A DNA stretch of 64,000 nucleotides from Entomortierella parvispora E1425 (lineage: Eukaryota; Fungi; Mortierellomycota). The notes under the pieces were generated by a model that was given only the letters and a program-made list of their open reading frames with translations, was not told where the DNA came from and did no database searches. How positions within the stretch are numbered: position 1 is the first letter of the stretch; each line of letters starts with the position of its first letter. The translations under genes were made by a program, and so were the position numbers. Positions 62,790 through 64,000 of this stretch are shown in pieces. The DNA lies in assembly GCA_020891255.1 (NCBI GenBank), contig BQFW01000008.1:2046001-2110000 (forward strand), in the 5' to 3' direction.

Positions 62790-63367
62790 GTCGCGAAAAA
62801 TTTTTCCCAGCTGAATTGAGATGCCGGAATGAACTGAATGTCGAAAAGTTCACCAAAGTCCATGAGCGGTGGCTTGCGTGCAGTAAGTGGTGTTTTGGTA
62901 ACTTTCAAGGGTCCTGAAAGCGATGCTGTGTTCCGTTTAGATGGATGGGTCAGATTGACGGGTGAATTGGCGTTCCAAAGTTGATCTCAGTTAAATCGAG
63001 TGGAATTAACTTGCGGAATGTGAGATGCAGGTCAATGCTGGTGAATGTCGTCGCAGACAGTGAAGAAATGCTGTTGATCGGTCGAGTGCTGACGAGTGCG
63101 GTTGAATGGAGGTGAATGCCGGTGTGGCATATCGTGGGCCTTGAAGTGTATTAATTGGGATGTTTATTTTGATAGTCATATTGTAAGTGAGAGCCCAAAA
63201 TATCCCATTTTTTTTATCGAATACAAGATCGGATCCAATCCGCAAAAAGGTTACATCCATCGGCATTGGGATACATCCTTGTGAACAATAATCGATCGTG
63301 CATCGGTCATTGTGATTGTCTCAACGACAATATCATTGACAAATATTACCTGCCCTAGCGCAAGGAA

Positions 63368-64000
63368 ATGGCAAAGACTTCGAAGACTCCTCAAGTGGAG
63401 GAAGAGGGCAACCTTGGAACGAGCAGTGGTGAAGTGGTCGTACCAACCGAAGTGGTTGAGGACGTACCTGAAGAAGACTCCCACATGGAGGTAGATGATG
63501 AGACCTTCGATGAGCCTTTGACCTTGGAGTCGGCACAGAATTGCTTGAAAAAACAGGGACAGCTGTTGAAAAGCAAGACAGACCAACGCGTAACACTTGG
63601 TCGCAAGAGCATGGGTCCAAGCAGTAAGACACCGGCCCATAAAGCCGCATTGGAAAAAGTGAAGGAAGAGATCCAGGGCATTAAAGAGAGCATCGTCGAA
63701 TGGTCCGCCATTGTTGAGGATCTGAACAAAAGCAGGGAAGCTGAGAGACTGTCAACGACGAGACCGACGATGATCAAGTCGACTACAGGTGCTTTGGTTG
63801 CCACAGGCGCCGCCAAGTCGTCTGATGAATCGGAGATTAAGTTGACGACTGACATTCCGCACCATCTGTCAATTGAAGTATGGACATCTGGCATTCCAGA
63901 AAATCTGCTTCCGATTATTGTCGTTGGCGAATCTGGATCGAAAAGCTGCAGACGCGTTCGTAGTGACACGAGAAGCGGATCGTGGAAGCGAATGGGACTG
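63368..64000 (+). CDS. Open frame running off the window (MAKTSKTPQVEEE...), probably retroelement gag/ORF1 N-terminus
   Basis: ATG at 63368 with no in-frame stop to the window end; acidic then coiled-coil-like; TE context. Confidence 0.4.
   Translation, partial: MAKTSKTPQVEEEGNLGTSSGEVVVPTEVVEDVPEEDSHMEVDDETFDEPLTLESAQNCLKKQGQLLKSKTDQRVTLGRKSMGPSSKTPAHKAALEKVKEEIQGIKESIVEWSAIVEDLNKSREAERLSTTRPTMIKSTTGALVATGAAKSSDESEIKLTTDIPHHLSIEVWTSGIPENLLPIIVVGESGSKSCRRVRSDTRSGSWKRMGL

Overview
Eukaryotic fungal genomic DNA with short GT-AG introns. The gene styles suggest Mucoromycota, probably Mortierellaceae (inference, not tested). The first ~23 kb is a compact block of housekeeping genes: M20 amidohydrolase, NAD-dependent epimerase, APP1-like phosphatase, TFIIS, HPRT, TRAPP Trs31, FAD monooxygenase, DBP2 and a MAK/Ime2-type kinase. 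Embedded in it (4234-9368, +) is the most notable object: an intron-containing, decayed gene of ~1,600 codons. It joins an N-terminal XPG/FEN1-type (PIN + H3TH) nuclease to a C-terminal Fanzor/TnpB RuvC-zinc-finger module, with hairpins at its 3' end where an omegaRNA would be expected. From ~23 kb onward the window is a transposon island. It holds an intact-looking PIF/Harbinger-type element and three near-identical 5.07-kb chromodomain Ty3/Gypsy copies with 111-bp LTRs (family A) plus a solo LTR. It also holds a young 8.5-kb Ty3/Gypsy with ~1-kb LTRs (family B), solo LTRs of two further families (C, D), fragmented gag/pol remnants and one divergent secreted-type Hsp70 gene. All coordinates, splice sites and alignments were read by eye. 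Many single-base indels in the repeats lie in homopolymers and may be assembly errors.
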